Assembly: GCF_009914755.1 (NCBI RefSeq)
Contig: NC_060929.1
Length of the DNA stretch: 64,000 bases
Reading direction: 5' to 3' (one strand)
DNA from: the human T2T-CHM13v2.0 reference genome, Homo sapiens
Shown one piece after another: positions 17,038 through 30,045 of this stretch (the first letter of the stretch is position 1; each line of letters opens with the position of its first letter). Below the pieces are notes generated by a model. That model made no database searches, had not been told where the DNA came from, and saw nothing but the letters and a program-made list of their open reading frames with translations. Made by a program: the position numbers and the translations under genes.

Positions 17038-18261
17038 CGTTGCACAAATACTTATTGAGCGCCAATTGTGCTGGACACAGGATTCTGTAGCTTGGTTGCA
17101 CCATTGATTAAAATCATTTAATTAATCCCCAAGAAGGAATTTAAAAGGTGATGATCCATATGCAGCAGCAGGGGAGCTGTTGGGAGGGGACATATCTAGC
17201 AAGTCTCTTCCTTGGAAGGAAGCCCTTGATGAGAAATCCTAGACCCCAGCCCAGTCATCTCCCGTCCTGTCCCGTTGTACTTCACTTTGCCAGTCTATAG
17301 AAAGAATCTGAAGCAGAGCCTTCTGGGCTTCCAGAATTGGGATTGGGTAGGAAGCAGACAGGAGAAGGAGATTGTAGAATATGTATTTTAGGCAGAGGCA
17401 GTGATGGGAAGAAACCAAAGTGACTGTCTGGAGGGGCCACCCAGGCTGAATCTCATATACCCAGATTCCCAGCTTCCCATACTCTGGTTTAAATACTTGA
17501 CAAATTGTTTGTGATAGTTTTCTAGCACTGACAAGCCTTTGTTAGTTTAGTTGAGTGATTTGTTTATTTGATTTAGCCATTGAGACTTGGTGATTACTAC
17601 CACTTTGATCCCCAAAAGATGGGGACATAGAGAGCGGTTATTGCTAAAAGATCAGTTTGGCCTGGATTGTCTAAGGAAGCGCCATTGTGGGTGCAAGCAT
17701 TTGGGAATCAGCTCAAGAGGAAAATAAATACTGCTCATTGGCCAAACTCACAGGGATGGAACATCTGCTATTCTTGATGTTGCGGCAAGCCAGCCTTCCA
17801 AAGGGCAAGTGAGCATGACAGGCGTGAGACAGAGCCAGGATAAGGATTAGAGGTGGGGTGGCTGAGTGCGTTGCAGGTGAAGAAGCCAAGGAGGGCTGGA
17901 GTCCAACTCAAGAAGCAAGACTTGACCTTAGACCCTTTGCCTGCAAACCCTCAATCAGAGTTGCAGAGACAGAGGCCCAAAGAAGGAAGTTGACTTGCTC
18001 CAGTCACTTCTGAAGGAGTGGCAAAGTTGGGACCAGAACACAGATTCCCTGCCTCCCACACAGGGTGATCTTATCCTGCTGCTGCAGCTATGTGTTCACC
18101 TTCCCGGGAACAAAGGGGACAACAGAGCTGGTGCTGCTGTGGTGTAAAACTTTTGGATCTGTTGAGCCAGCCCAGAAAAGCAGGAGGCACAGGGAAGCAG
18201 CAGGTTGCAGGCATTTGGGGACTGTAGGCTGATGGAGTCTGTTTCTCCTCTCCCTTGCCAG

Positions 18262-18371
18262 GTACACCAAACCGCTCACCTTTGCTGACTGCATTAGTGA
18301 TGAGTTGCCGCTAGGATGGGAAGAGGCATATGACCCACAGGTTGGAGATTACTTCATAGACCACAACACCA
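18262..18371 (+). CDS. WWC1: WWC1/KIBRA coding exon 2 (110 nt; ~codons 40-77, WW1-WW2 linker and most of WW2)
   Basis: Polypyrimidine tract + cag|G; translates (R)[36 protein letters not shown](K); donor A|gtaagt. Matches the KIBRA N-terminus as recalled. Confidence 0.98.
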
Positions 18372-18860
18372 GTAAGTTCCCGACGGTCCTCCCTTCCCTG
18401 TGCCCTCTTCATCCCTCTACCTCCAAGCCCATCCTCCCTCCAAGTCTGGAAGAACCACTTGCAGACTCTTGGAGCCAGATTGTATTTTGTTTTATATAGA
18501 TTTAGATAGAAATGTCGATGTAGATATAGATAGATAATGTATGCTTGTGTAAAAATAACAGTTTAGAAGGGTTTTTAATAGAATCTAAAACTCCTCTCAC
18601 AATCCATCTCCCCAATTTTATGGGGGCAGCCACTGTGAACAGTTTCTTGTGTATCATTCCAGAAATTTTCTAATCATGTGTTTGTATGTGTGTATGTGTA
18701 TATATGCACATATATATTTACATATGTAAATTTGTGGGCATACCTTTTCTTCCCCCTAAAAGAAAGATGTGTCATTGTCATTGCCAGACTATCTTAGAGC
18801 AGCCAGAGCCCTAGCAGGCCCCCCACAGCATGTATGCATATATGTCCATAGTGAATTGGC

Positions 18861-18882
18861 GAGAGAGAGAGAGAGAGAGAAA

Positions 18883-18930
<48 letters not shown>
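18861..18930. repeat. Compound (GA)n(GT)n microsatellite
   Basis: Direct read. Confidence 0.95.
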
Positions 18931-18931
<1 letters not shown>

Positions 18932-20439
18932 TGGCCCATCATACCAGTCAGCCCACCCTCACTTCATATCTGTGATCCAAGTATCCCAATCCATTACAAA
19001 GATTCCTAGTACCTCTGTCTCTGGGACTGTGATGGAGGAATGACTTGAGGAAAGAAGCAGGTTGTCTGACAGGTGGAGGAACCCAGGGAGCAATCCTCCA
19101 GCGGGGGAGAGTTGATGTGTGTTTGGGCCTCATCCACTGAGCACCCTCTTGGCCAAGACTGTTCTCTGAAATTTGCTGTCCCACTTGTGCATGTGTACAG
19201 AGGAAAGGGATTTTTCAGCCTCACTCTCAGCCTTCTAAACTGTAGCATCCCCTTAATCCTCTCAGGCAAGAAGAAAATAGAATGAAATGGGATGTGCCTG
19301 GCAAAGTCTGAAGGCTGAGACTAGGGCATCAAATCCTAATAGCCTCTGTTTACTGAGCACACAGTCTGTGCCGTGTCCTGTGCTGAGGACTTGATAGGCA
19401 TTATCTCTTTTAATCCTCCCAATTCCTGGTGGGATGTTCAGATGATCATCCCCATGTCATAAATGGGATTTAGAGTCAATTGACTACTTAAGACTCACAG
19501 CTAAAATGTGGCAGGGCTGGGATTGGAACTGGCCCTGGAGAATGAAGTTGTACTTCTCCACCTACTTCCTCTTCTGGGTTTCAGTAGCACCCTGGCCACA
19601 CCTGTCTTGTGCCCTTCATCACCCTGTATTATAATCATTTGCCTGTTGTTGCAGGTCTCCTAGAGCAGAGACTGTGTCTAATTCATCTCTCTAGTCCCAG
19701 GCCTTTGCCTGGTAAGGCACATAGTAGGTGTGAACTTAACCTGTGCTAAATAGAAAAGGGCATACGTGCATGAATGCATGAATAAATGGGTGAATGAGTG
19801 GACTGTTGTTGGCACCAAAGTGTAGAAGAGCTTCTGAGAGACAGCTAATGCCATTAATTGCATTGTTGGGGGTAGCAAAGGTTTTTATTAGCACTCATGA
19901 TTGCGTACTGGATAATGAGAAGTAAATATGCCTAATTGAGTGTGTATGGGGAATGAGGTTAATGCTTGGAGGGCTGCATGGGATGCTGGGTTAAACACTG
20001 ATGTGCAGGAGACCTAATCAGTCTTTTCCTGTTTCTAATTGCTGAGTGCATCCCCCTCATTAAAATCTCATGGTGGGAGTGGGATTTCAAGGTGCTTCTG
20101 GGAGCTGTTGGAAAAATGGAAGAAAGTAGTAGCAGGCCGTGGCAGAGTTTATTCTTGAGGGAATGAAGGCAGAAATGGGGTGTATGGGGGTGATTAAATG
20201 GGGCCATAGCAGGAAGAATTCTATCTGGTAGTTTCACAAGCTGTCAGGCTACTGGTTTCCTCTTGGTTTGAGGTGGTCTGGTTGGATGTGGGGGACCACC
20301 TCAGTAGATGGAGCCATTGATAGCAATATAGTAGGAATATGAGCACCAAGGCCCAGGCATTCAGAGCCATGCACTTGGACCAGTTCTGTGTGTGCATTGT
20401 TCATGGACTGAAATTCTCTTAAGAGTTATAGACACAATA

Positions 20440-20892
20440 TCGGGCATGTTTGCATGTGTCTATAGTCCCAGGTACTTGGGAGGCTGAGGCAGGAAGATCA
20501 TTTGAACCCAGGAGTTCAAGGCTAGTCTGGGCAACATAGCAAGGCCTTGTCTCTTAAAAAAAAAAAAAAAAAAAAAAAAAGGTGGGGGTGTGCTGGGCGC
20601 AGTGGCTCACGCCTGTAATCCCAGCACTTTGGGAGGCCGAGGTGGGCGGATCACGAGGTCAGGAGGTCGAGACCATTCTGGCTAACAGAGTGAAACCCCA
20701 TCTCTATTAAAAATACAAAAAATTAGCTGGGCGTGGTGGCGGGCATCTGTAATCCCAGCTGCTCAGGAGGCTGAGGCAGGAGAATGGCATGAACCCTGGA
20801 AGCGGAGCTTGCAGTGAGCCGAGATCCCGCCACTGCACTCCAGCCTGGGCAACAGAGCGAGATTCTGTACCAAAAAAAAAAAAAAAAAAAAG
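20440..20892 (+). mobile_element. Alu monomer (FLAM-like, ~20440-20580) followed by AluY-like dimer (~20592-20892)
   Basis: Two A-tailed Alu units in tandem. Confidence 0.9.
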
Positions 20893-20947
20893 AGAGAGGT
20901 ATAGCACAATATAATCAAACAACAATTCGCTCATACATTCACCATCG

Positions 20948-22375
20948 AGCATTCATTCATTTAGCAAATGTTTATTGGCCAACTCTTCTGGGAGCTTGCG
21001 ATACATGGGAGTACAAAATGGCAAAGATCCTTGCTCTTATAGAAATTTCATTTTGGCAGGAGAGACAAAAAATAAATAAGTAGATTATGTAGTATGTTAG
21101 AGAATGTTCAGTACACAGAAAAAAGGAGCAAAGTCGGGAGCTGAGGTGTATTTGGGGGTGGCGAAGAAAGGGCCGTGGTAATGGTGACCAAGAGTACCAT
21201 TAAATATGATGTGGTCTTCCGGGAAGAAGATCTTGTTGAGACAATGAGATTTGAGCTAAGACTTGAAGGAGGTGAGAGAGCATTTCAAATAGGAAGCATA
21301 GATAGAAGAAGAACTCCAAGGTGTGATCACATTTAGCGGTCAAGGGATAGCAAAGAGGCAAGTGTGCATATAACATAATGAGTGAGGAGAGGGGAGAAGG
21401 ACATCAGGACAGAGTGCAGCAGAGTAGTGGTCAGGCAGTGGTCTGCCCCAGAGGCCTAGCTCTTCCGCTGTGTGAGATGGGAGTGAGCCATTGGAGAGTT
21501 TTAAACAGATGAGTAACATGATCTGACTTATGTCTTAAAAGGACCAGTCTGACTGCCATGCTGAGAATACACCTTATTAGGGCAAGGGTGGAGGCAAGGA
21601 GACTTGTGAGCGACAAATGCCACAGTCCAGGCGCCCTAGACCTGGGCTGTAGCAATGGTCAGGGTGAAGATTGGCCAGATGCTGGAGGTATTCTCTAGGT
21701 AGAGACAGCAGGATTTCCCGATAGATTGCATGTAAAGTATGAAAGAAAAAGGAAAGAATAACTTCTGGAGCTGAGCAACTAGAAGGATGGAGTTGCTATC
21801 AACCAAGTGTAGAAAACTGCAGGGGGAGTAGACTTAGGAAGGAAGAGCAGGAGTTCATTTGGACATGTCAAGACTTACATGTCTATTACCTATCTGAGAG
21901 GACATGTGGCTTGACAGTTTGATATATAAACCTGGAGTTTAGGAGAGAGGTCTGGGCTGAAGATAAGTATTTGAGAGTTGCTGGCATATAGCTAGTATGT
22001 AAAGACACTAAGTTGGTTGGGAATGAAACAGAGAAGAGGACCAAGGAATAAGTCATGGGTCTCCAGACAACAGAGGGTGGCAAGAAGAGGAAAAGCAGCA
22101 ATGATTCTGAGAAAGAGTGATCAGAAAGGAGGGAGGGAAACCGAGTGTGTTGGAAGCCACGTGAAGGAAACATATCAAGCAGAGAATTGCCGACAGTGTC
22201 GAAGGCTTCTGACAGGGCAAATACAAAGAGGACCAAGGATAAACCAATAGATTTAGCAACCTGGGTGACCTGACTTTGGAGGGCAGCTTTGGACGAGGAC
22301 TGGGAGCAAAAGCCTGACTAGAGTGAGTCTAAAAGAAAACAGGGGAGGAATTGGAAGCAGCAATGCAGACAACTC
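20948..22375 (-). mobile_element. L2a LINE fragment (~1.4 kb)
   Basis: Starts with the reverse-complement L2 tail (cattcattcatttagcaaatgtttattg), then continuous purine-rich L2 body (gagccattggagagttttaaacag..., gagagaggtctgggctgaagataa...). Confidence 0.8.
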
Positions 22376-22377
22376 TT

Positions 22378-22699
22378 TCTTTTTTTTTGTTTTTTTCTTT
22401 TCTTTTCTTCTTTTTTTTTAGACGAAGTCTCGCTCTGTCGCCCAGGCTGGAGTACAGTGGCAGATCTTGTCTCACTGCAACCTCCACCTTCCGGGTTCAA
22501 GCAATTCTCCTGCCTCAGCCTCCCAAGTAGCTGGGATTGCAGGTGCCCGCCACCACGCCCAGCTCATTTTTGTAATTTTAGTGGAGACAGGGTTTCACCT
22601 TGTTGGCCAGGCTGGTCTCAAACTCCTAACCTCAGGTGATCTGCCCACCTTGGCCTCCCAAAGTGCTGGGAATACAGACGTGAGCCACCATGCCCAGCC
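22378..22699 (-). mobile_element. AluS
   Basis: Dimer; TSD cagacaact(c/g)tttct. Confidence 0.95.
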
Positions 22700-22881
22700 T
22701 ACAGACAACTGTTTCTAAAACATAAGCCATTTTTACTATTTCATGTCAGTATTCAGTATCCCCGATTATCTACACATACCATGATTAGATGGTTTTAATC
22801 AGTGATCAAATTTTATGTCTGTTTTCTTTTCATACTATATCATAGATATCTAAGGGATGCTATATAATCTTCATATTTGTC

Positions 22882-23178
22882 TTTTTTTTTTTTCTTCTAG
22901 ACAGAGTCTTGCTCTGTCCCCAGGCTGTAGTGCAGTGATGTGATCTTGGCTCACTGCAACCTCCGCCTCCCGAGTTCAAACAATTCTCCTGCCTCAGCCT
23001 CCTGAATAGCTGGAATTACAGGCATGTGCCATCATGCCTAGCTAATTTTTGTATTTTTAGTAGAGATGGGGTTTCACCATGTTGGCCAGCCTGGTTTCAA
23101 ACTCCTGACCGCAGGTGATCCTCCTGCCTGGGCCTCCCAAAGTGCTGGGATTACAGGCGTGAGCTGCTGTGCCTGGCC
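22882..23178 (-). mobile_element. AluS
   Basis: Dimer; TSD catatttgtc. Confidence 0.95.
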
Positions 23179-23238
23179 CATATTTGTCATTTTTAATACA
23201 TCAAAAGGATGTGTCAATACATTTTAACACATAATGGA

Positions 23239-25274
23239 GGAAGTCCTAGCCAGAGCAATCAAGGCAAGAGAAAGAAATAGAAGATACCCAAATAGGAAAA
23301 GAAGAAGTCAAAGTATCTCTCTTCGCTGATGATTTGATTCTATACCTAGACAACCCTAAAGATTCTGCCAAAAGACTTCTAGAACTGATAAATGATTTCA
23401 GCAAAGTTTCAGGATACAAAATAAATGTAAAAAAATCAATAGCATTTCTGTAAACCAATAATGTTCAAACTGAGAACCAAATCAAGAACGCAATCCCATT
23501 TACAGTAGCCACACACAAAAAAAAAATACCTAGGAATACATCTAGCCAAGGAGGTGAAAGATATATACAAGGAGAACTACTAAACACTGCTGAAAGAAAT
23601 CACAGGTGACACAAACAAATGGAAAAACGTTCCGTGCTCATGGATTGGAAGAATCAATATTGTTTAAATGGCCATACTGCATAAAGCAATCTGCAGATTG
23701 AGTGCTATTCATATCAAACTACCAGCATCATTTTTCACAGAATTAGAAAAAACTATTCTAAATTCATTTCGAGCCAGAAAAGAGTCCAAACGGCCAAAGC
23801 AAATCTAAGCAAAAAGAACAAAGCCAGAGGCATCATATTATCCAACTTCAAACTATACTATAAGGCTGCAGTATCCAAAACAGCATGATACTAGTACAAA
23901 AGCAGGCACGTAGATCAATGGAACAGAATAGAGAATTTAGAATAAAGCCGCACACCTACAGCTATTTGATCTTCAACTAAGTCGACAAAAATATGCAGTG
24001 GGGAAAGGACTTCCTGTTCAATAAATGGTGTTGGGATAGCTGGCGAGCCATATGCAAAAGAATAAAACTGGACCCCTACCTTTTACCATATACAAAAGTT
24101 AACTCAAAATGGATTAAAGATTTAAATGTAAGACCTCAAACTATAAGAGGCCTAGAAGAGAACCTAGAAAACACCATTCTGTACATTGGCCTTGAGAAAG
24201 AATTTATGAGTAAGTCCTCAAAAGCAATTGCAACAAAAACTAAAATTGACAAATGGGACCTAATTAAACTAAAGAGCTTCTGCACAGCAAAAGAAGCTAT
24301 CAACAGAGTAAACAGAAAACCTATGGAGTGGGAGAAAATATTTGTAAACTATGCATCCAGTAAAGGTCTAATATCCAGAATCTATAAGGAACTTAAAAAA
24401 TTCAACAAGCAAAAAACAAATAACCCCATTAGAAAGTGAGCAAAACAATAAACAGACACTTCTCAAAAGAAGACATAAAAGAGGCTAACAAACATATGAA
24501 AAAATGCTCCACATCCGTGATCATCAGAGAAATGCAAATCAAAACCACAGCGAGATACCATCTCACACCAGTCAGAATGGCTGTTATTAAAGAGTCAAAA
24601 AACAACAGATGCTGGTGAGGATGTGGAGAAAAGAGAACACTTATATGCTGTCAGTGGGAATGTAAATTAGTTCAGCCACTGTGGAAAGCAGTTTGGAGAT
24701 TTTTCAAAGAACTTAGAACTACCATTCAACCCAGCAGTCCTATTACTAGGTATATATCCAAAAGGAAAGATATCACTCTACCAAAAAGACACATGCACTC
24801 ATATGTTCATCACAGTACTATTCCTAATATCAAAGACATGGCATCAACCTTAGTGCCCATCAGCAGTGGATTGAATAAAGCAGATGTGGTACATATACAC
24901 CATGGAATACTATACAGTCATTAAAAAGAAAAAATCATGTCCTTTGCTGCAACATGGATGCAGTTGGAGGCCATTATTCTAAGCAAATTAATACAAGGAC
25001 AAACACTCAAATACCACTTGTTCTCACTTTATTTTTTTGAGAGTGGGAGCTAAACAATGGGTACTTATCGACATAAAAGATGGCAGCAATAGGCACTAGG
25101 GGCTACTAGAGAGGGTAGGGAGATGGGGGCAAAGGTTGAAAAACTACCTATTAGGTACTATGCACAGTATACCCCAAACCTCAGCATCATGCAATACATC
25201 CATGTAACAACCATGCACAGGTACCCCCTGAATCTAAAATTTAAAAGTTAAATTTTTTAAAAAGGGAAAAATAA
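23239..25274 (+). mobile_element. 5'-truncated LINE-1 (L1PB/old L1PA type): ORF2 3' part + 3' UTR, sense to WWC1
   Basis: ORF2-like peptides (FNKWCWDSW..., [37 protein letters not shown]) with stops and frameshifts; L1 3' UTR; 13-bp TSD aacacataatgga at 23226-23238 and 25275-25287. Confidence 0.93.
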
Positions 25275-26194
25275 AACACATAATGGAAGTACCATAATGC
25301 TTCCTATTGCCAACCTTTTGGTTTATTTTCATTTATTATTTTAAATAGCACTCAGGGAAGACTCTTTGTGTATGTTACTTTCTTTGTGATAATTTCCTGA
25401 AAATTCATTTCCAAGTATAGGATTTTGAAGTCAAAGTTATAAATACCTTGGGAGCTTTTAGTATATATTGCTAGATTGGTGAATATTTCCAAAAGATTAT
25501 ATCAGCTTGTATTGCCACAAGACATGAGGGTACTGTTTTCCTCAGACCTTCATCAGTATGGGGCTATGTTCGTTTCTTTTGACTTTTGATACATATATCA
25601 TAGGTTTAAACTCTTACTTCATTGTTTTGAATTTGCACTCCTTTGCATAGTAACAAGGTTGAATATTCTCCAGATGTTTTTAAGAGAATTGCTTTTGTTG
25701 TTGCTAAGGCCCTTGGAAAATGCAGTATTGTTAGCGGCGTGGGTGTGTATGCAGTGTGGAGAAAACAGGTGTGTGGCAAGTGTAGGAAGGGATGGGTGTA
25801 TGGAGAACTCATGAGTGTGCTGCCATGTGTGCTGTATGGAGAATGTGTATGGCGTGTGTTTGTAGGGAGAGGTTTAGAGCATGGAGCAGAAGAAAGTGGA
25901 GAAGTGGTTCTCAATGATGCCTGCACTAGAGCAGATACAAGTTTGGAAAGTAGCTGCTTTTGGAAAGAGGGATATGAGGGAGATGTTTTATGTAGGAAAT
26001 TTTATAGTGCACTGAATTATTAAGCTATATCTATGTATACTTTTAATTAAAACAAGAACTAAAATGTAGTAGTGGCCAAGATGATCTCAAAGGGCCTGCC
26101 AGTTACAAAGTTACCTATTTTGGTAAGATGGACTTGAGGAAGGGTAGTGTCAGCAGAAGGGGCTGGGCTGTCGGAGGACCCCCTCAGGGTGTGA

Positions 26195-26546
<352 letters not shown>

Positions 26547-26574
26547 TAAAGAACTTTTAAAAGGCCCAATGCCC

Positions 26575-27770
26575 TTGAAGGATAATCTTTTCAACAGTTG
26601 TTGGTACAACTGGTATCCATATGGAAAAAAAATAGGCCACCACTTCTACCTTTGCCTCACACCATGTGTAAAACTAAACTCAAAATAGATCATAGACCTA
26701 AACATAAAAGCTAAAATTATAAAACATCTAGAAGAAAACATAGGAGAAAATCTGCAAGATTTTATGATAGGCAAAGATTTTTTTGGACAAGTCATAAAAA
26801 GCACTAACCAGAAAAGAAAAATTAATAAATTTGGTTTCATCAAATTAAAATCTTTGTTCCTCAAAAGACATTATTAAGAAACTGAAAAGACAAGCCACAG
26901 ATAAGGAGACAATATTGCAATACATATCTCTAACAAAGAACCATATTCCAAGTATGTAAAGACGTCCTACAACTTAACAGTAAGAAGCAGCTGGCACAGT
27001 CGCTCATGCCTGTAATCCCAGCACTTCAGGGTGCTGAGGTGGAGGGTCACTTGAGCCCGGGAGTTCACGACCAGCCATAGCAAAACATAAGGCAGCACAG
27101 GGCAACACAGTGAGACCTCATCTCTACAAAAATAAAAATACAGAATCAGCTGGGGCATGGTGGTACATGCCAAGTAGTCCCAGCTACTTGGGAGCCTGAG
27201 GCTGGAGGATCACTTTAGCCCAGGAGTTGAAGACCAGCCTGGACAGCATAGTGAGACCCCCATCTCAAAAAAATAAAAAAATAAAATTCCAACGAGGTAT
27301 CATTACATACCCACTATAATGACTAAAATGAGGAAAAAAATAACAATACCAACTGCTAGCAAGGATGTGGAAGAACTAGAATTCTGATACACTGCTGGTG
27401 AGAATGTAAAATGGTACAACCAGTTTGGAAAAGTTTGCCAGTTTCTTATGAAATTCGACATATACTTGCGAAGTATAATCCAGCAATTCTACCCCTGGTA
27501 TTTTTGTCCAAGAGAAGTGAAAACATGCCCACACGAAGACTTAGAGTATTCATCATAATAATCCCTAACTGGAAGCAAACTAACAATTTATCACAAAGAC
27601 AATGTGATGTATTCATACAATAGAATATTATTCAGCAATAATAAGAAATGTACAACAGATACAGCAATAGGAATGAGTCTCAAAAACCTTCTGCTTAGTG
27701 AAAGAACCAAGGCCCTAAGAGCAAATAACTGTGTGAGTCCATGCATGTGAAGTTCTAAAACAGGCAAACT
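26575..27770 (+). mobile_element. Old L1M fragment (ORF2 end/3' UTR), interrupted by an Alu
   Basis: A-rich L1 ORF2-like sequence (atagatcatagacctaaacataaaagctaaaattataaaacatctagaagaaaacataggagaaaatct) and L1M 3' UTR motifs. Confidence 0.8.
26988..27285 (+). mobile_element. AluJ/FLAM-like composite inside L1M
   Basis: Two diverged monomers, both ending like a left arm (gtgagacctcatctc / gtgagaccccatctc). Confidence 0.85.
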
Positions 27771-28304
27771 GGGAGAGGGGGTGAGTAGAGGAAATTGCCT
27801 GGGAGCGTCCAGGGGATCATTGGGGTAAAGGAAATACTCTCAGAAATGTAACAAATTGATGCCCACTTCACACTGTAGATCAATTCAGTGGAAATCTCTC
27901 GGGTGATTCCAGTGTGCAACCAGTTTGAGAACCAGTTCTGGTGTGAGTTTGTGTGTTGTTTTTGTCTGTTCGTGCACCCATCTATTCTTATTGGTTTACA
28001 AAAGAGACCATGAGCCACAAAAAATGGTCGCCAAGCCACCTGGCTTGGCCAGACCTTCAGGTAAGGGTCTCATATACCTTTATAGTTTTACAGAGCAGTG
28101 CTGAGGTCTAAGGCCAAAGGGAAGGTGCCCGTTCCAGATGAAATCCAGAACACTGTGGGAGGGTCCACCTAGGTGTCGCTTAGGGAACTGGACACGGGCC
28201 CAGCATTTCAACCAGCACCTGGGCAGGCGATTCCACCTGGAGCCCGCATCGCACCTGCCAGCCTCAGTGACCAATCGGCCCATGTGTTTGTCATCTCTTA
28301 AACA

Positions 28305-28645
28305 CCGGTTCTCACCTTGGGTGGCACACTGGAATTATTTGGGGAGCTTTGTAAATCATCATTGCTTTATTCTCACTCCCAGAGATTGGGATTTGATTGA
28401 TCTGGAGTAGGATTGAAATTTTTAAAAAATTCTCCCGGGTGATTCTAATGTTCAACCAGGGGCTCTCAGCTATATCTGCACCAGAGTCACCCAGAGAAGC
28501 TTTAAAAACTGTCAATACCTGAGCCCCACTCCTGGAAATTCTAATTTAAGTGTTCTTCGGGGGGTGGGGTGGGGTTCAGGCTTTTTTTTTTTTTTTGAAG
28601 CTTCTCTGCTAATTCTAATATGCAGCAAAGACCCAGAATCACTGG
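28305..28645. mobile_element. Two tandem MER5A/MER5B-like elements
   Basis: Repeated MER5 motifs (ggttctcaccttgg...cccgggtgattctaatg; ctctcagc...cagagtcacc...gctaattctaatatgcagc...agaatcactg); another MER5 end at ~27890-27935. Confidence 0.7.
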
Positions 28646-28679
28646 ATGAGGCACTGACTTTTAAAAAGAAAAAAAAAAA

Positions 28680-29290
28680 AGCAATTTCACTGAGAATGTG
28701 GGGGGAGGCACTCATGTATGCTGTTTTTGAGAACAGAAATTACCTGCCTTTGGAAGGTAATTTGGTAATATCTATTAAAATTGTAAGTGTGTGTACCCTC
28801 TGATCTAGTAGTTTCTCTTTAAGAAACCTATCCCACAGAATTAATAGCACAAATTCATAGACATATGTTTTTAAGAACCCTTACTGCAGCATTGAATGTA
28901 GTAGCAAAAGAACTGAAAACAATTCAAATATTTCCCATCGAGGTCTGGTTAAATAAACCCAAATACCATAGCGTGGAACACTGTACAGGTGTTTAAAAGA
29001 TGGTGCACCTACAGGCAAAAATGAGCATGCTATATCATTTGGAGATGAAAACAAGTCACAGACCAATATAAATGGCATGGTCCATGTTGCATTAAAGTAA
29101 CCTTGTATATATAGGCGTGTATGTGTAAACAAAAATTCATGTATAATCAGAAGGCAGTATCTGTGTGAGACTCAACAACAGTTACCTCTGGGCAATGGGA
29201 TTGGAGAGATGGAAACTCTCTTATTTCACAAACTTGTCATGGTGGAATTGTGGGATTTTTCTTTTTTGTACTTTTCATTATTTTGTGGTG
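28680..29290 (+). mobile_element. Ancient L1ME-like 3' UTR fragment
   Basis: tttggaaggtaatttggtaatatctattaaaatt... and ttactgcagcattg... motifs typical of L1ME 3' ends. Confidence 0.6.
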
Positions 29291-29718
29291 AAAAATCAGA
29301 TCTTCTAAAAGTTGCAAACTTTAAGAAACATTGCCAGCCTGCTCAAGATAGGCTGAGCTGCTTTTTTCTGTGGGCTGTGCCAGCTGGAGGTGTAGGGCAG
29401 ATCCCTCAGGGGGACCCACGATTCCTGAACGCCAAGGGAATCCACAGCTGCTGATGGGAGATGGGAACCCACAGCAGCTGTTCTGTAGCCCAGTTTTACA
29501 AATTCCATCTCCGCCTTGTTTTTTTGTTTTGTCTTTGTATTATTTTTGCATTTGTTCCTGCCTCTTGTTTGGTTTGAAGGGATGGAAAGCTTTCCTCATG
29601 AGGGGCAGTTTTTTGTAGCCACTGTAAGCAGTCTTCAGACCTTACTTTTTTTCTCAGAAAAAGGAGGAGGAAAAGCTTGAAGAATTGCTATTCACAGACG
29701 ATTCAAAAATTGGTCCTA

Positions 29719-30045
29719 GGCTGGGCACAGTGCCTCACGCCTGTAATCCCACCACTTTGGGAGGCCGAGGCAGGTAGGTCACCTGAGGTCAGGAGTTCAA
29801 GACTAGCCTGGTTAACATGGTAAAACCCTGTCTCTACTAAAAATACAAAAATTAGCTGGGCGTAGTGGCAGGCGCCTGTAATCCCAGCTACTTGGGAGGC
29901 TGAGGCAGGGATAATTACTGGAACCCAGGAGGCAGAGGTTGCAGTGAGCCAAGATCACGCCACTGCACTCCAGCCTGGGAGACAGAGCAAGACTCCATCT
30001 CAAAAACAAAAAAAAAAAAAGAAAAGAAAAAAGAAAAAGAAAACA
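29719..30045 (+). mobile_element. AluS
   Basis: Dimer with A-rich tail. Confidence 0.95.

Noticed and set aside
23993-24618. ORFs resembling a reverse-transcriptase protein C-terminus
   Set aside because: Broken ORF2 remnants of a 5'-truncated L1; not a functional or domesticated gene.
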